Notes: generated from the sequence alone by a model not told the origin. A stretch of 64,000 nt of DNA from Amoebophrya sp. A120 (GCA_905178155.1 CAJINV010000003.1:5277700-5341699), one strand, 5' to 3'; counted from the first letter of the stretch, positions 37,463 to 50,600 are shown. Translations and numbers: made by a program.

Positions 37463-37619
37463 ATATGCAAGTTCTTCAGACTTTCTTGTCCAACCGCATA
37501 GTAACACAGAGTAATATGCAAGTTCTTCAGACTTTCTTGTCCAACCGCATAAGTAGTAACACAGAGTGATATGCAAGTTCTTCAGACTTTCTTGTCCAAC
37601 CGCATATTAGTAACACAGA
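37463..37619. repeat. ~51-55-bp tandem repeat x3
   Basis: atatgcaagttcttcagactttcttgtccaaccgcata...gtaacacaga at 37463, 37514 and 37569. Confidence 0.9.
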
Positions 37620-38520
37620 ATAACGCCGAGAGGCACTCAGCCAATTGGAATTCTAGGGTCCTTCAAGCCTGGGGAAATTACGTTTGATTTTGGCAGTGCC
37701 AGTGTTCTCCTCCTCATCAGATTGATCTAGACCGCCGTGCACCAGGTTTTCTTTGGTGTCCAATCATCTTCGTTCACGAGCACAAGTGCGAAGTCAGGTC
37801 CACCTGGCCGCTCTGAGGATACATTTTTATCAGGATGTTGACGTCGGTCTTCGATTCTTTGATATCGCATCGATTCGAAGGTTTTTCTGCGCCCGGAAGC
37901 AGAAGTACATTAGCACACACAGATATTTATTGAATTTTGAACACGTCGGTATGGTGCAAGGAAGAGCAACTGCTGTTTGACCCTAGCAAGGACCTCGGTT
38001 AAATCAGATTCGGTCGCGTGGTAGCCACCAACACAATTCCAAGAAAAGGAAGTCTCAACAATGGTATATAGCATTGCGCAACTGCTTCGTAATCGTTCGT
38101 GCTTCGTTTTGTCGTTCGTGCTCACTCTCGTTCACATCCAAAGATGAGAATTCTCGGTTTGATTTGCAGGCGTATTTGCTGGAAAGCCAAAGCAACTCGG
38201 TAGCCCAACATCAAGATGTGTTGAAGCAGCAAGTTTACCACGAAAAAACGAAGTTTACCTGAAGGAGCTAGTATCGTGTCTATCCCCGATCAGGACCCAA
38301 TCATTATCATACCCATACAGACACAAACGAAACAAACACTGTTATGAATTTTCAACAATTTTGCTTGGAGTGGTTAAAAACTGCATGATCACGTTTAATA
38401 TCCATGCATCTACTCATCATCATCTTCTACGGTTATTTTGGTAGCTTTGTTTCCATGACAGTGGCAAAAATGGCTGCAACTAAGGGCGGGCCGAAATCGA
38501 AGAGTAGGATGTGAGTGAGG

Positions 38521-40649
38521 ATGAAGTTGGAGACGAGCTCGAATTCCGAACGTGTGAAGGAACGACGGGTGCAGCGGCGGTCGCAAGGCGACAAGCGGGT
38601 GCAGGCAATCCAGGCAATGTCGAACCAATCGTTTACGCCCGCGAGCCGCGCGAGTGCGGCGGGCGCGGAGGACGCCGCGTCACGGACCCGCGGGACCACA
38701 ACCAGCAACAAGGATACCGTCCTGAGTAAGCAGCAGGTGCGGCGCGAGGTCGATCCCCGCACCGGAAAGGCGTTGCTCTACCCGGTGGGGATCGGTCGTA
38801 GCACGGGGAGCAGCGACCTTCGCAAGACGAATCCAGCAGTAGACCGCAGTAAAAATGGTTCAAGAACTACGTTCTACTCGTCTGCGAACATGCGATCGAC
38901 AGCGGCGTCCATCGGCGGGTCCTCGAGTGCTGCTAAGCGAGCCGCTCTCCCCGTGCACCACTCCAACGCGAGCAGACCGTCCCGCAGCGGCGAGGGTGGT
39001 GCACCAGCGGCGAGGGATTCGTCATACTGGCAAAGCAGCAAAGGGAGTTCTTCGCTACCCGGGGAGGTGTTGACGCAGGCTAAGAGCAGACCACAGTCCG
39101 CACCCCCGATAAACAACGTGCCCAAGGTGCAGGTTACCAAGGTCGTCAAGCAGCACGCGGCGGGACAGGACGACACTGCCATGCCACACGTGCTTTCTGC
39201 GCGCGGGCACATACCAGTTCGATTCCCCCATAAGACGAAAATAGACAAGCCGATCCGATTCTACCTAAACCTAGTGGTGATGAACAAAAAAGACTTGGTA
39301 TAGAAATTAATAACCTGCGTTTCTTGATGTTAGTTCGTATTATTCCTTTATTTCACAGAAGTCATAAAGATAATAATTTCGTATCTATGTATAGGTGGAT
39401 CGTGGACATGTTCGGGGTCAGCATATAATTACCGGTAGTGAGCGGCTTTTTTTTTTGCTGCTGGTCCTGGCTGCAGGAAACTATATGTCACTAACTGTTG
39501 CATGAGTAGGGCGGCAACGCACGACAGTAATCGTGCAAAAGAAGATCCTGGAAGAACCTACTTGAGCTACGACGTGTTCAGTTAGTGCTTCATGTTGAAA
39601 CTACTCTGAATGAAAAGAACTAGCTGGCACACTAATCGAAGTAAGTACTTCTTCTATATGGTCGACAACACATCAACTATCGATCACAGGTGAAGAAGGA
39701 GGTGGGCAAAAAAATGGAGGACGCTTGGTACGGCGGGTCGCTAACCACGAAGCTGGCGGGGTCGGCCGCGGCGCGCCTCGTCAAGGACGAAATGGTGGTG
39801 CATGGGGTGCTCGGGGAGTTTCTGAACAAGCTCCCGGAACTTTTCGTCGTGGCGGGGGTGGAGGCGGAAATCGAGCGGAAGCTGGTGGAGGGGCTGCTCG
39901 GCGTGGTTCGCATCACGGTCCTCGACGTGGAGCCGTTGACCATGACGTGGGCAGAGGCTCCGGAAAAGGCACCGCATTTGGAAAAGATGATCGACGCGTT
40001 GAAGGCTCTGAATCAGACGAAGGAACTGACCGCTCTCTGGGAGCAGATGATGCACCGGGCCAAGGTATCAAAAGGAAAAATCCCCCCTCCCCATGTCAGA
40101 GCGAAGTTTCTGATGCTGGATTTGCGTACACAAATCAGATTTGTGCTGCTGGAGAGGACTGCAGGCCCCTGTCGAGCCTGGGGAGAGAGGTTTTTGCCTA
40201 GGCGCTTAGCATGAAAAACGTCCGCACTGTAGGCCCAAGAGCATGACAAACCGCCTGCATAATGCGGCGGAGCCTGCGGGGTTGCCTTCTTGCAACACAG
40301 ATGCGATTTGTGGTCACAAATCAGCAACACAAACGCACCTCGTCAATATGGGGAGGGGGATCTTTCATTTTGATAGAAGGACGGTTTGATGCTGAAGATG
40401 GAGACCGTGCTACCCGACCAGGCCAAAGAGACGGAAAACCTGGACCTGGTCGCCATCTGCCACCACGAGGAGAACGAGGCCGAGTTCCTGTGCGAGTTTT
40501 TCGAGCGAGACACGCCAGCGGAGCGTGACGCCTTCTACAAAATTTTGCAGGAGAGGCTGGAGAAGAAAAACATTGAGCGCAAAATTAGAAAAGAACGCGG
40601 AGAATCGCCCAGGTTCGAATATAATTCACCGCGAGCTGCGTCAATATAA
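38521..40649 (+). CDS. hypothetical multi-exon protein
   Basis: Coding segments at about 38521-39210, 39690-40065 and 40381-40649; the last two join in frame (MHRAKDGLMLKMET) after introner removal. Confidence 0.55.
40066..40375 (+). mobile_element. introner family G (TSD supplies GT-AG)
   Basis: tatcaaaaggaaaaatcccccctccccat / atggggagggggatctttcattttgata; TSD caagg/gaagg. Confidence 0.9.
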
Positions 40650-41275
40650 AAGTGGCGGCAAGGTCGTAGAGTTTTGCTCGAAAAAAGATATGTACACAAC
40701 TGCCAATATCATCACCCACTTCCACATCCACTTAGTATGTCGTGAGGATTGAAAATGAAATTTTTGTAAAATATTTATATTTTGCGCATGGATCGTTCGA
40801 TGAGGACGTAAGTACACTTTTGTTGTGATTTGAAGGATGTATGCAAGTACTGTAAGCATCGAAAGAAAAAAATCCAACGACACGCCTGCCTTCGCGCCAA
40901 AAATATCGAAGTATTTTCTGTACTGTTCTGTGATCCGGAGCGGGAATGGCCTTCTCATGCTTCTTATGCGCTTTGCACATGCAAGGATCCGAAACTACGA
41001 GGCGAAAGCTGCTCATAAGCCGATCTCCAGTTTTCCGATTTTTTTTTATTTCTGATCATGTGCAGGCACGCGCCTGTCGCGAGCGACTTCGCTTCGTACT
41101 CTGAAGCCAGTTGTATCTCCGTTTCTTAAAAATCAACAGTCACTCGCTGGCCTTCAGCAGGGAGCATAAGATTGATATTGCTGATTCGTTCTTTTCTTGT
41201 TTCGCGCACTCGCACATGGTTCTCTGACGACGCGACGAAAGCGAGGTTTACTATTTCTACTTCTGAAAACAAGCC

Positions 41276-44200
41276 ATGGGTCCTCATTTTGATATTTTTT
41301 TTCAAAGAGTTGTAGTTGGTTACAGTCCTTTAATTGTTTGTCTATTCGGCGCAATATGTGTGTATACGCGGTACCTCGCTCGTCCAACTGGGGGCCCCTA
41401 TCCAGCCCCACACAACGGTGGTGCGGTGCTCACGCGCGCGGCTCTGGATGCCCGCTTGGAGGACGAGGCTGCTTCCAGCCTGCAGGATGCCATCGCGTCC
41501 TACGCGGACATCCTGGTACCGAAGTCGAGCTTGGTTTCGGCATTGCAAATGCTCTTTCTGTTCCCGCCCGGAGTGTCTATCTACCCGTCGGGCTTCGGCG
41601 GTGGCCCGGCGAAAGGAAGTGTGGTGGATTTTGACGAAACGAGTGCGCTGCTGCGACTCGAGCGAATCTTGAAGCAATGCGATGGAGGCCCTGGAGGTGC
41701 CGGCACGCCTACTGCTCCGACGGTCTTGCCGTATTCTCGGGCGGTGGGTTCGTGGGGCAACGAGATTTGTGCGCGGGACGCCATTCTGGATGAGATCCGG
41801 CAAATTTCCTCGGACCTGGAGGTCGAGGTGAGCGCGAATGACACTGGGGCCTTCCACGTGGATTTCATCGGGGGCCTCATCAACGCATATGAAAACCTGA
41901 CGAACGTTGCCGTTCGCGTTTCGTCTCGAAGGCGGAACAAGATAATATTGGCACAAGAACAGGAAAAGAAAGGAGAACCTGCACAAAAGGACCTTTATTC
42001 TGCCACCAGCTTCGACGACGTCGAAAAAGATCGCAAAGGTCCTGAAACCACATCTGGCGACGAACGGAAGAACAAGGTCAGGGCAGGTGGTAACTTAAGC
42101 ACCGCGGAAAAAAATGCGAAGAAGGTCGCCTCCTCGTCGGCGGGAGTCCTTTCGCACTGCGCCCCTCCTTACGCTATTCTGCTCGGCTCCCATTTCGATT
42201 CCGCGCCTGGCTCACCTGGCGCCTCGGATGCGCTGGCACTTGTGGCGCTGCTGCTCGAAATTTTGCGCGTAATAACGCAGTTTGACGTTCCAGCGAATTT
42301 ACTGAGAAACGTGGACGCGATTTTTCTGTTTAACGGGGCGGAGGAAGTGATTCTCAGTGGCGCGCACTCCTTATCCAACAGAAAAATACGACCATAATAA
42401 ATTACAGGACAAAAAATACGATTTGCGTCACTAAATTTCTGTCACTAAAAGAGAGGCAATATAATAAATTCTGTCATGCAGAATGCAGTGACGAGTTTGT
42501 GGTGCTAGTTGGCGACTAGAGATTTTTTTGATTTTGAAAGAGACAGAGAGGTACCAAAAGCTAGAAAGTTTACCAGCATGCTGAACGGCCGAGGAACATG
42601 AAGAGAGCTGCTTTCTTCTAAAAACCGTAGCACGCTCGTTTTTTCCGGTATTACGCGCGTGTTTTTCTGTTGGGTACTCGTTTGTGCGGAACCATCGGTG
42701 GGGGCGGCACATCTGCGGTTTCATCAACGCGGAATCGGTGGGCAGCGGAGGGCGGGAGCAGGCCAAGTTTCAGTCGCGGGGACACGCGTGGGTGGTCGAG
42801 AGTTACGCCCGCGCGGTGCGCGAACCCAACTTCAACGGCATCACCCAGTTTGTGTGGGGGGACTCGGGAATCATTCCGGGGGAGACCGATGCCCGGATTT
42901 TCCGCGATTTCGGGCACTGGCCAGGGGCGGACATGGCTTCGCTGGGGAACGGGTACGTTTACCACACTAACCAAGACACGTTCCAGCACCTGTGGAACGT
43001 GCGGGGAGACCTGCTCATCTACGGTCGCAACGTGCTAGCGCAGTTTCGGAGTATGGCTCTCTACATCCAGGAGCAAGAGGTGGCCCTGGCAGCGGTCCCG
43101 CTTTCTGGGGGAGAGGACGGATATAATCATGATAAACCAGAACACGATGATCATCATGCGGATGAAGACGAGCATCGCGGCAGAAAGGTCGCTAGCGGAC
43201 CAGGTCGTGCCTTGTTTGCGGAAGTAGACATGTCGGAAGAAGATGTTGTTGAAAATGGGACCACTGCTGCAAGCCGCACCGCACGATTTGAGAATTTCTT
43301 GCACTTGTTTGCGATCTACTACGACGATAGGCACTCGAGCCAGGTGTGGGGATGGGTGCTGACCGTGATCATTCTTCAATGCTCACTCGCGGTCCAGCTT
43401 GCACGAAAATTCTCGAACAAGGGAAAAAAGACCGAAACACAGTCGGAGCACGCCACCACGACGACCTTTGCTGTGGTCGAAGTTGCGTTTCCCTTCCTGG
43501 AATCGATTGCAACCCGTGCAGCTGGGCTGGTTTTGCGGCTCGTCCTCCTGCTGCTTTTTGGTGCCCTGTTTCCGGTCATTACGTTGGACTTCTGGGGGTA
43601 CACGCACAGCTATTTTGCGCAGCCGCTCCTACTCATGCTTTTATACGTGCTTCCGATTTGCTTGTTTGCGGACGTCGTATTTCGCATGCGCAGTGCTGGT
43701 GCCTCATGTGGTAGTACGAGTTGGAAGGCGTCAAGTCAAGATGGTCTCGGTCCGCAGCAAGATGGAAGATCTCTCGCCCAGGAGGACCAGGACCACCTGT
43801 CTGCGGATCATGTTGAGGAAAACAACAACACAAGTACAACATCCGAGAACAGCAACATCGCCCCGCTTCTTCGCGCGAAGGAGGACTACGGGGCGCTGGG
43901 GTTCGTTTTGGGCAGCGCGTTCCTACTTCGTTCCTTCACCGCCCTTATCAAATGTAAAAATGTCTGGGTCTGGAAGAGTCCATGTTTGTCATGCGTGTCT
44001 GGCATGACTCTCAAATCTGTCATGCACGTTACCAAAGAGCGCCACTTTTCTGTCATGCAGAAACGCAGTTTGTCATGCAGAATAGGCAACACGTAGAAGC
44101 TCAGAAACTTCTCATGCTGAGCCAGCACTTGTGGCTTCCTCATGATATGCCACCCAGCATCACAAGTTTCCAGACCCAGACATTTTTACATTTGGTAGCC

Positions 44201-46506
44201 CTGTCCATCATATGGCAGAGTTGGATCGTTTCCCTGAGTACCCGCGCACTCGTCCAAGTCGTGGTTTCGGCTTTCGATAAAGACCTGCACGACCACGAAA
44301 GCTCTGTTTCTGGGACAGCAAAGAACCGGGAGACGAGACCCCCCGGAATAAAAAACGCTGGGCCGCGCGCCATCCGTGCATTCATCGCTCCCTACGTCTC
44401 TCTGTGGAAAGCGGTAATTACACTTCCCGCCTGGATTTTAACCGCGCAGCCGCTCCTGGGCAGCGGAATCGACATCTTTGTTCCCCTTTTGCGACGGAGT
44501 AGCAACAAGGCACCGCCTGGGGCCATTCTGGGTGCTATGCTGGCACTGCCGGTTTTTGTGGCCTTCGCGTTTCTCGGTGTTCGTGTTTCTTCTGCAGAGC
44601 CCCGCTTTAATATCGCCGCGCCCAGCGTGGATGAAGATGACGGTGACGGTCCGGAACCGGATCGGACGGAAGCCATGAAAGCAATCAAGTCCTCGAGGGC
44701 GAGGTCGCGTTCCACCAAACGCACGAGGTCGATGAGCAGGTCAACTTCCGGCGTTGCTACGAAACATGAAAAGATGAGAGAATCATCTGCAAAGAAAAGC
44801 TTTCGTGGCAGCTCCGGACGTGCAGGAACAAGGGTGGACCTTTCTTTACTGGGATACGTGAAAACAACGTTAGTTGATGCGGCGTCACCGCTGTGGTGGT
44901 TTTTGTTTCGGGTCTACTGCTTACTGTGGGTTCCCCTAGTTTTGCTGCAAGCGCCGGCGGGCATTTTTCCCGGATTCACCCAAGACAAGCCAAAGGTAGT
45001 ATACGCGCACCATCTGGAGCACCGTTTTTGCGACGCCGCCCAGGTTATCAAGTGTAAAAGTGTCTGGGTCTGGAAGAATTCATGTTTGTGTTTGTCATGC
45101 TAGTCTGGCATGACTCTTAAATCTGTCATGCACGTTACCCACGAGCTCCGTCTTTCTGTGATGCAGAGGCGCAGTTTGTCATGCGGAATAGGCAACACCT
45201 AGGAGCTCAGAAACTTGTCATGCTGAGCCAGCATCTGTAGCCTCATCATGAGACGCCACCCAGCATCACAAGTTTCCAGACCCAGACATTTTTACATTTG
45301 ATACAGGTTTGCTATGACCGGCGGGACGGTCTCTGGTTTGCGGCATTGGATTTTCTCGGGTTGGATTTTCCGGGCACAGGTTTCGCCGGCGCGGCGCGCA
45401 CAGATCTTGCCAAGCGTCTGACCTTCGACGCGCTTGTCACAAATATTTCAGGAGCAAGTGCGACGACAAGAGATGAAGGAGCAGCAGGAGGAGGCAGCGA
45501 TGAACGAGTTAAAGATGTGGCCTCCAGTGGTCCTCGTGCAGATGCATCGATGAATCAAAAAATTCTTCACGAGCCCAAACCAATTTACGGACCGCTGCCA
45601 TTCGCGTTGCCCCTACGGAAAGTAGTGGAGGATGCGAAGACCCGTTTTTTACCCTTGCCAGATCCATCAAGTAGGTTTACCAAAGAAGAAAAAATAGGCA
45701 CCACAACAAGAAGAACATCAAACGGAAACCCCGAAACCGCAAAAACTACAAGCAGAAAAAGGAGTAGCGAGGAGCAGGAGGAACATCAACTATTACAGGA
45801 GGAAAGGTCCTTGTGGATGAAAGTTCGGCCTCTCGAATTCAAGGTCCGACACGAATGGGTCGAGTACAACGACAACAGGACGGAAGACGCAGATGCTCCC
45901 CAGGAGCTGCACTTCGAGGACGCCAGCCAAGAAATTTCCTTCTACCGAACGTGGCCCAGAAGTGCCGCGTCGTTCACAACATCTTCCTCCTCGCGCGGAG
46001 GTGAATACTATAAAAATGGTGACCACATGCACGTCGAGGAGGAGATGAAAAATAGTACCACAACATCAACAAGTACAAGTTCCAGCACCGAGAAGGAGAA
46101 TGCGAAGAAGACCCTGCGCACGCATGTGTCCCTAACGTGTGACCAGGGTGCCCAGGCCAAGCTTGTCCTCCCCGCCGCCGAGGTCGTGGATTGGTCTTTT
46201 GCGCACGACCAGGTCATTGCGGGAAGCGTCAGCGAGACGTCGGGCCGGCGTCTGCCCCCGCCGCGGAACGACTGCGACTGCCACTGGATCCAACTGCAGT
46301 CCGTCCACCGGAACGGAACCTGGTCGTTTTCGTTCGATGGTGCCGTCGATCGTTTTGAGTTACTCTGTGAGCGCCCGGACTTCCTCACGGAGTCGCTGCA
46401 GGAGCAGGTTTGGAAGCGGCATCCGCCCTGGGTCAGCATCACGTATTTGGCCATGGAGTCTGTGTACGTATGGAACCGAGTCGACGTGGCGGCCCCGGAG
46501 AGCTAG
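41276..46506 (+). CDS. ERMP1: ERMP1/Fxna-like M28 membrane metallopeptidase with three introners
   Basis: ILLGSHFDS...PGASD, IFLFNGAEEVILSGAHS|FVRNHRW...FINAESVGSGGRE, GETDARIFRDFG, NGYVYHT; multiple hydrophobic segments. Confidence 0.85.
42372..42676 (+). mobile_element. introner family H
   Basis: tatccaacagaaaaatacg / cgtgtttttctgttgggta; TSD ctcct/ctcgt; removal restores the M28 motif GAHSFVRNHRW. Confidence 0.88.
43946..44197 (+). mobile_element. introner family A
   Basis: tatcaaatgtaaaaatgtctgggtctggaa / ttccagacccagacatttttacatttggta; TSD gccct. Confidence 0.92.
45046..45303 (+). mobile_element. introner family A (TSD supplies GT-AG), close relative of the 43946 copy
   Basis: tatcaagtgtaaaagtgtctgggtctggaa / ttccagacccagacatttttacatttgata; TSD caggt. 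Confidence 0.92.
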
Positions 46507-47655
46507 CTAGCACACAACGTCGTGCAGTGAAATCTGCTGCAACCTGGCGAAGTGCAAGATCTTGTTTTACCAGCAGCTCTAATGTTGAAAAAAAAAGGAA
46601 AAGGAATATTATGACTCTTTTTGTATAATTTTCGTCCACCTGCAGGAAAAAAAAACAAGCTCGACAACTCGAAGGTGCTGCTTCGGTTCTGGCGCAAGGA
46701 AAAATAGCCTTCCTGCGCGCCAGGCTCCATGTTAACCTATTGTTCTGGCCCCGATGTGATCATGGCCAAAATGTTCGCCTTTTGATCTTGTATGCAACGC
46801 CGTGTATGTGACTTGATGTTGATTCCAGCTGAACTGCTACTTTTGTTCCGAGAGTGAATGATGTTATCTGAATCGGTTACTTTCCAGATGGATTTGGTGG
46901 TTGTAAAGAAATAAAGATATTTGTAATTTCATGATTTTTGTAGTTGAAGCTCGATGAGGAGAAACGCAGGTGGGACAGAAGTCCCACAGGCAACAAGCAC
47001 ACAAAAGTCGGTTGTAGCAGAATTCGCAGAATTACGCATGTAAACAAAAAACAATCGGTGATGCACACGCGACGTATTTGGTGTCAAATGATGAAGATCC
47101 TATGTCCATTTTCATTTGGATATTTTTGAAAAATTTTCACAAGAGGGCGATTGCGATCCTTGATCAAAATTTCTACTCCCGGAAACTCAGATTCACCATT
47201 GACAAAGACCCGCAAATCCATTCTAAAAAATATCGCAGGAGCGAACCGATCCCTGATATTTCTCTAGCGACAAATTTAAGCGATCCTTGAATAAGATCAC
47301 GTTTTTCCTCGTTCAAGCTTTTTTAGACCTACAAAGTAGTTTATTACCTACCCGAGAGGCGTGGCGTGTCGTCGACTGCTTTCTGTATTCCGACGCGCAC
47401 TCGATCTCTAAACACCGTTTTTTAATACAATCACGCTCACTTTTTCGTGCTCGTCGCGTTTTTTTTTTTCGACTAGACAAGTATATTCTATACCCCCTAT
47501 TAATTACGGCGAGGACTCTGACACTTTCCCAATTCCCCTGCCAGTTTTGAAGGAAGTATAGTATTTCATCTTAACAGTAACAGAACCCTTTGCAACTGTT
47601 AATATATCGATAGCATAGGTTTGTCCTGTTCTTCCTGTGACTTTGCGGCAGAACC

Positions 47656-50600
47656 ATGCCGAACAGTCGTCACGAGCACGCGCGTGGCTACGTGGGCTCT
47701 GCCTTCCAGCCGACGGCACATGCTGATGAGGAAACGTTGCTGCTCGCCAAGTATAATGACGGGGCCCGGGACACCGTCGAGGGGAACCTGAAATGGACCC
47801 AAGCGGAGGCCGTGGAGCAGGTGCAGATGATAAACCGAGCCTACCGCAAGCAGGCCGCCGCCGAAATCGATTCCGACCTGAGTGACGAAGAAGCTGCACC
47901 GGAAGTCTACACGTACGAAGAGTACCACGACAAAATAGACAAGGTCTGGGAAAAGACGGACTGGAATGCCAGGGGGGACGAACAAATCTATAAGCTGTCC
48001 ACGTTCGGAGCAATTACGTCGCTGCTCGCATGTATCTTAATATTTCCATTTTTTGTCTTCATCAAATACAATTTGCGAGTATACTAGGTAGTTCTTGTTG
48101 ACCTTGACGGTTTACAACTCGTCAGCAAACTGAAAGAACTGTCTATTCATGCTAAAAATCATTAGATATTTGAATGATTTTTCAATCATGTGATTTGATT
48201 TTCCACCACTCCACCTCCACACAGCGATTTTCGGCGTGGGCATTTTGGAGCAGCCGAAGGCCGTGCAGGGGAGCGGGTTCCTGGCCGGTATGCTGGCCTT
48301 GGTCTTGTCCACGGTCGTGTCCTACTATGGGGGCGTGTACCTTGGCTTGGCCGCGCGCATGACCGGGAAGAAGTCCTTCGGGGAGATTTCTCGCGAGGCG
48401 GGCGGTGCGTTTGGCGTCTTCCTCTCGGTGTACGCCCTGCTGGGGCTGTGCATTTTGGCGTCCGTCGCCTACGCGGTGTCCTGGTACCGCTACACCATGT
48501 ATGGATTGCAAAAATGTCCGGGTCTGGAAAATTGCAACTTGTCATGCTGTCTTTGGATTCCAAAAAAATCTGTATTGCGTGACCAGCAACAGGGGTCCAG
48601 TTTGTGTTACGCGGAGACGGCATTTCTCATGCGGAATAGGCATCAGGAAGCCCTCTAAAAATCTGTGATGCTAGATCACGCATTACATGAATCATGGATC
48701 ATACAAAAATTGCATCACAAATCCCGGAATCTTCCAGACCCAGACATTTTTACATTTGATACCATGGAGCTGTACGTGCGCGCGGGCTGGCTGACCAGCG
48801 ACCAGGCGGGGAGCACGGACATTATCTCCGCGCGGTCGCTGGTGATCACGCTGATGCTGATGCTGCTGTACCCGGTGTGCTGTCTGCGGGACCTGTCCGC
48901 GCTGGGCACCGTGTCCACGGGCGCCGCCGGCGTGTACGTCAGTTTGTTGTTCCTCATGTTCTACTACTGGGTCAGCGACTACCTGAATCAGTCGGAAGAG
49001 GGCTGGAACAGCACCATCCGCAAGGACTGGACCCCGCAGCTGGACGCCGACGGGAAGGTGGCCGACGTCGCGGCGTTGAACCACCCCTGTAACAACATGT
49101 TCGACTACAAGTTGGAGTGGGTCTACTCCGGCGACTGGAAGGCGCTTTTCTCCGCCCTGGCGCTCATGAACACCGCCTTCGCCTGCCACTTCTCCTGCGT
49201 CGACGTCTTCGGCAAGGAGCTGAAGAACCCGACCAGGAAAGTCATCAACAAGGTAGACTGGATGTTAATGATGTTCTAGAGGGATCATTTTATTTTTACG
49301 AATGTGAAGATCAAGATGTCGCTGACTTTTCAATATTTATACGCATGTGGAAACAAACTACTCCTTGCTTTCTGGAGGGTTGAGTTGTTGTACTATGTGA
49401 AACCAAAAATGGTAAATGATGTTGACCAAGATGAAGGAACGAACGATATAAACATCAAAAAGATCCTGGTGTGGACCATGGGGATTTCCTTTTTCGTGTA
49501 TGGAGCCTTCACCTGCATGGGATGGGCGTACGCCAGCAAATTCCAGGATTACACATCAAAAGCACTTTTCACCGCAGACGGCGACAACCAAGTCCTCGAC
49601 GATTTCAGCGGTACGATTTCAGCTCCGAATATACTTCTTTTGGGTTTGATGTTTTGTTCAAATTTCATCATCTTCTTGCTACGCCTTTTTCTATAGCAAA
49701 GTTGTATTTCAGGGCCGCAAGAACCGAAGACGCAGGTCTACCTCGTCTGCATTTGCTTGGAGAAGTAGACGCCGAGAAAATGGATCTGCATGCTGTAGCA
49801 CAAAAATACATCTCGGTGCTAGATTTTTTCGAATCAAAATTCACAGCGACGTGCAAGCAGGGTGCGCAGGACAAGATCTTGGGCAACATGAGAGAGCCCG
49901 GCATGGAATTCAACCCCGCTTTGGTCGCTATCGCGGAGGTTGTGGTGTTCCTCGTGCTGTTCCTCACCTTCCCCCTGTTCATCAATGCCTCCCGGTCGAC
50001 GATTCACGGTCTCGTTTGGGGCGACAAGCCGAGTAGCAATGGGCTGCACCTGCTGCAGACCCTGGGGTTAATCGTCCTGATCTGGCTGCTGGCGGTCTTC
50101 ATTCCGGGCGTGACCACCATCCTCGCCTACGCGGGCGCGGGTCCGGGCGTCACCCTGGTGCTCATCCTGCCGGGATACCTCATGCTGTGTCTCAACAAAC
50201 ACCTGTCCTTCTGCCACCCTCACCGCATCGTGCCCCTGCTCGTGCTCATCTTGGGTATTTTTAGGCTCTGCAACTTGTTTTTTCTTTTTGTGTTTTCTGT
50301 ACTTTTTTTTCCATCCCGCTCTGACGATCTTGATCTGCATCTGTCTGTTTAAAACTTTATATCTTGATCTGTCTAAACTCGTACGCAGCCTTTGTTTATT
50401 GATGTGTAGGTGGCACCAGCTGCTGCCCGCGTTGGATTTTTATAGCTGCACGACCTGGAGGTAGAGGGCGTAGTTCTAGTTCTCATGATCCAGAATTACA
50501 ATATTGATTTCTCACAACTGCAGGCGTGATCGTGTCGGCGGGCGGTATTGCCCTAACCGCCATGTACAGCGACGATCTGGAGCGGGGAATGAACTTGATG

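Larger units (their letters stand above)
36084..37799. mobile_element. 1.6-kb segment bounded by 52-bp direct repeats
   Basis: tttctttg(t/g)tgtccaatcatcttcgtt(t/c)acgagcacaagtgcgaagtcaggt at 36084-36135 and 37748-37799. Confidence 0.55.
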
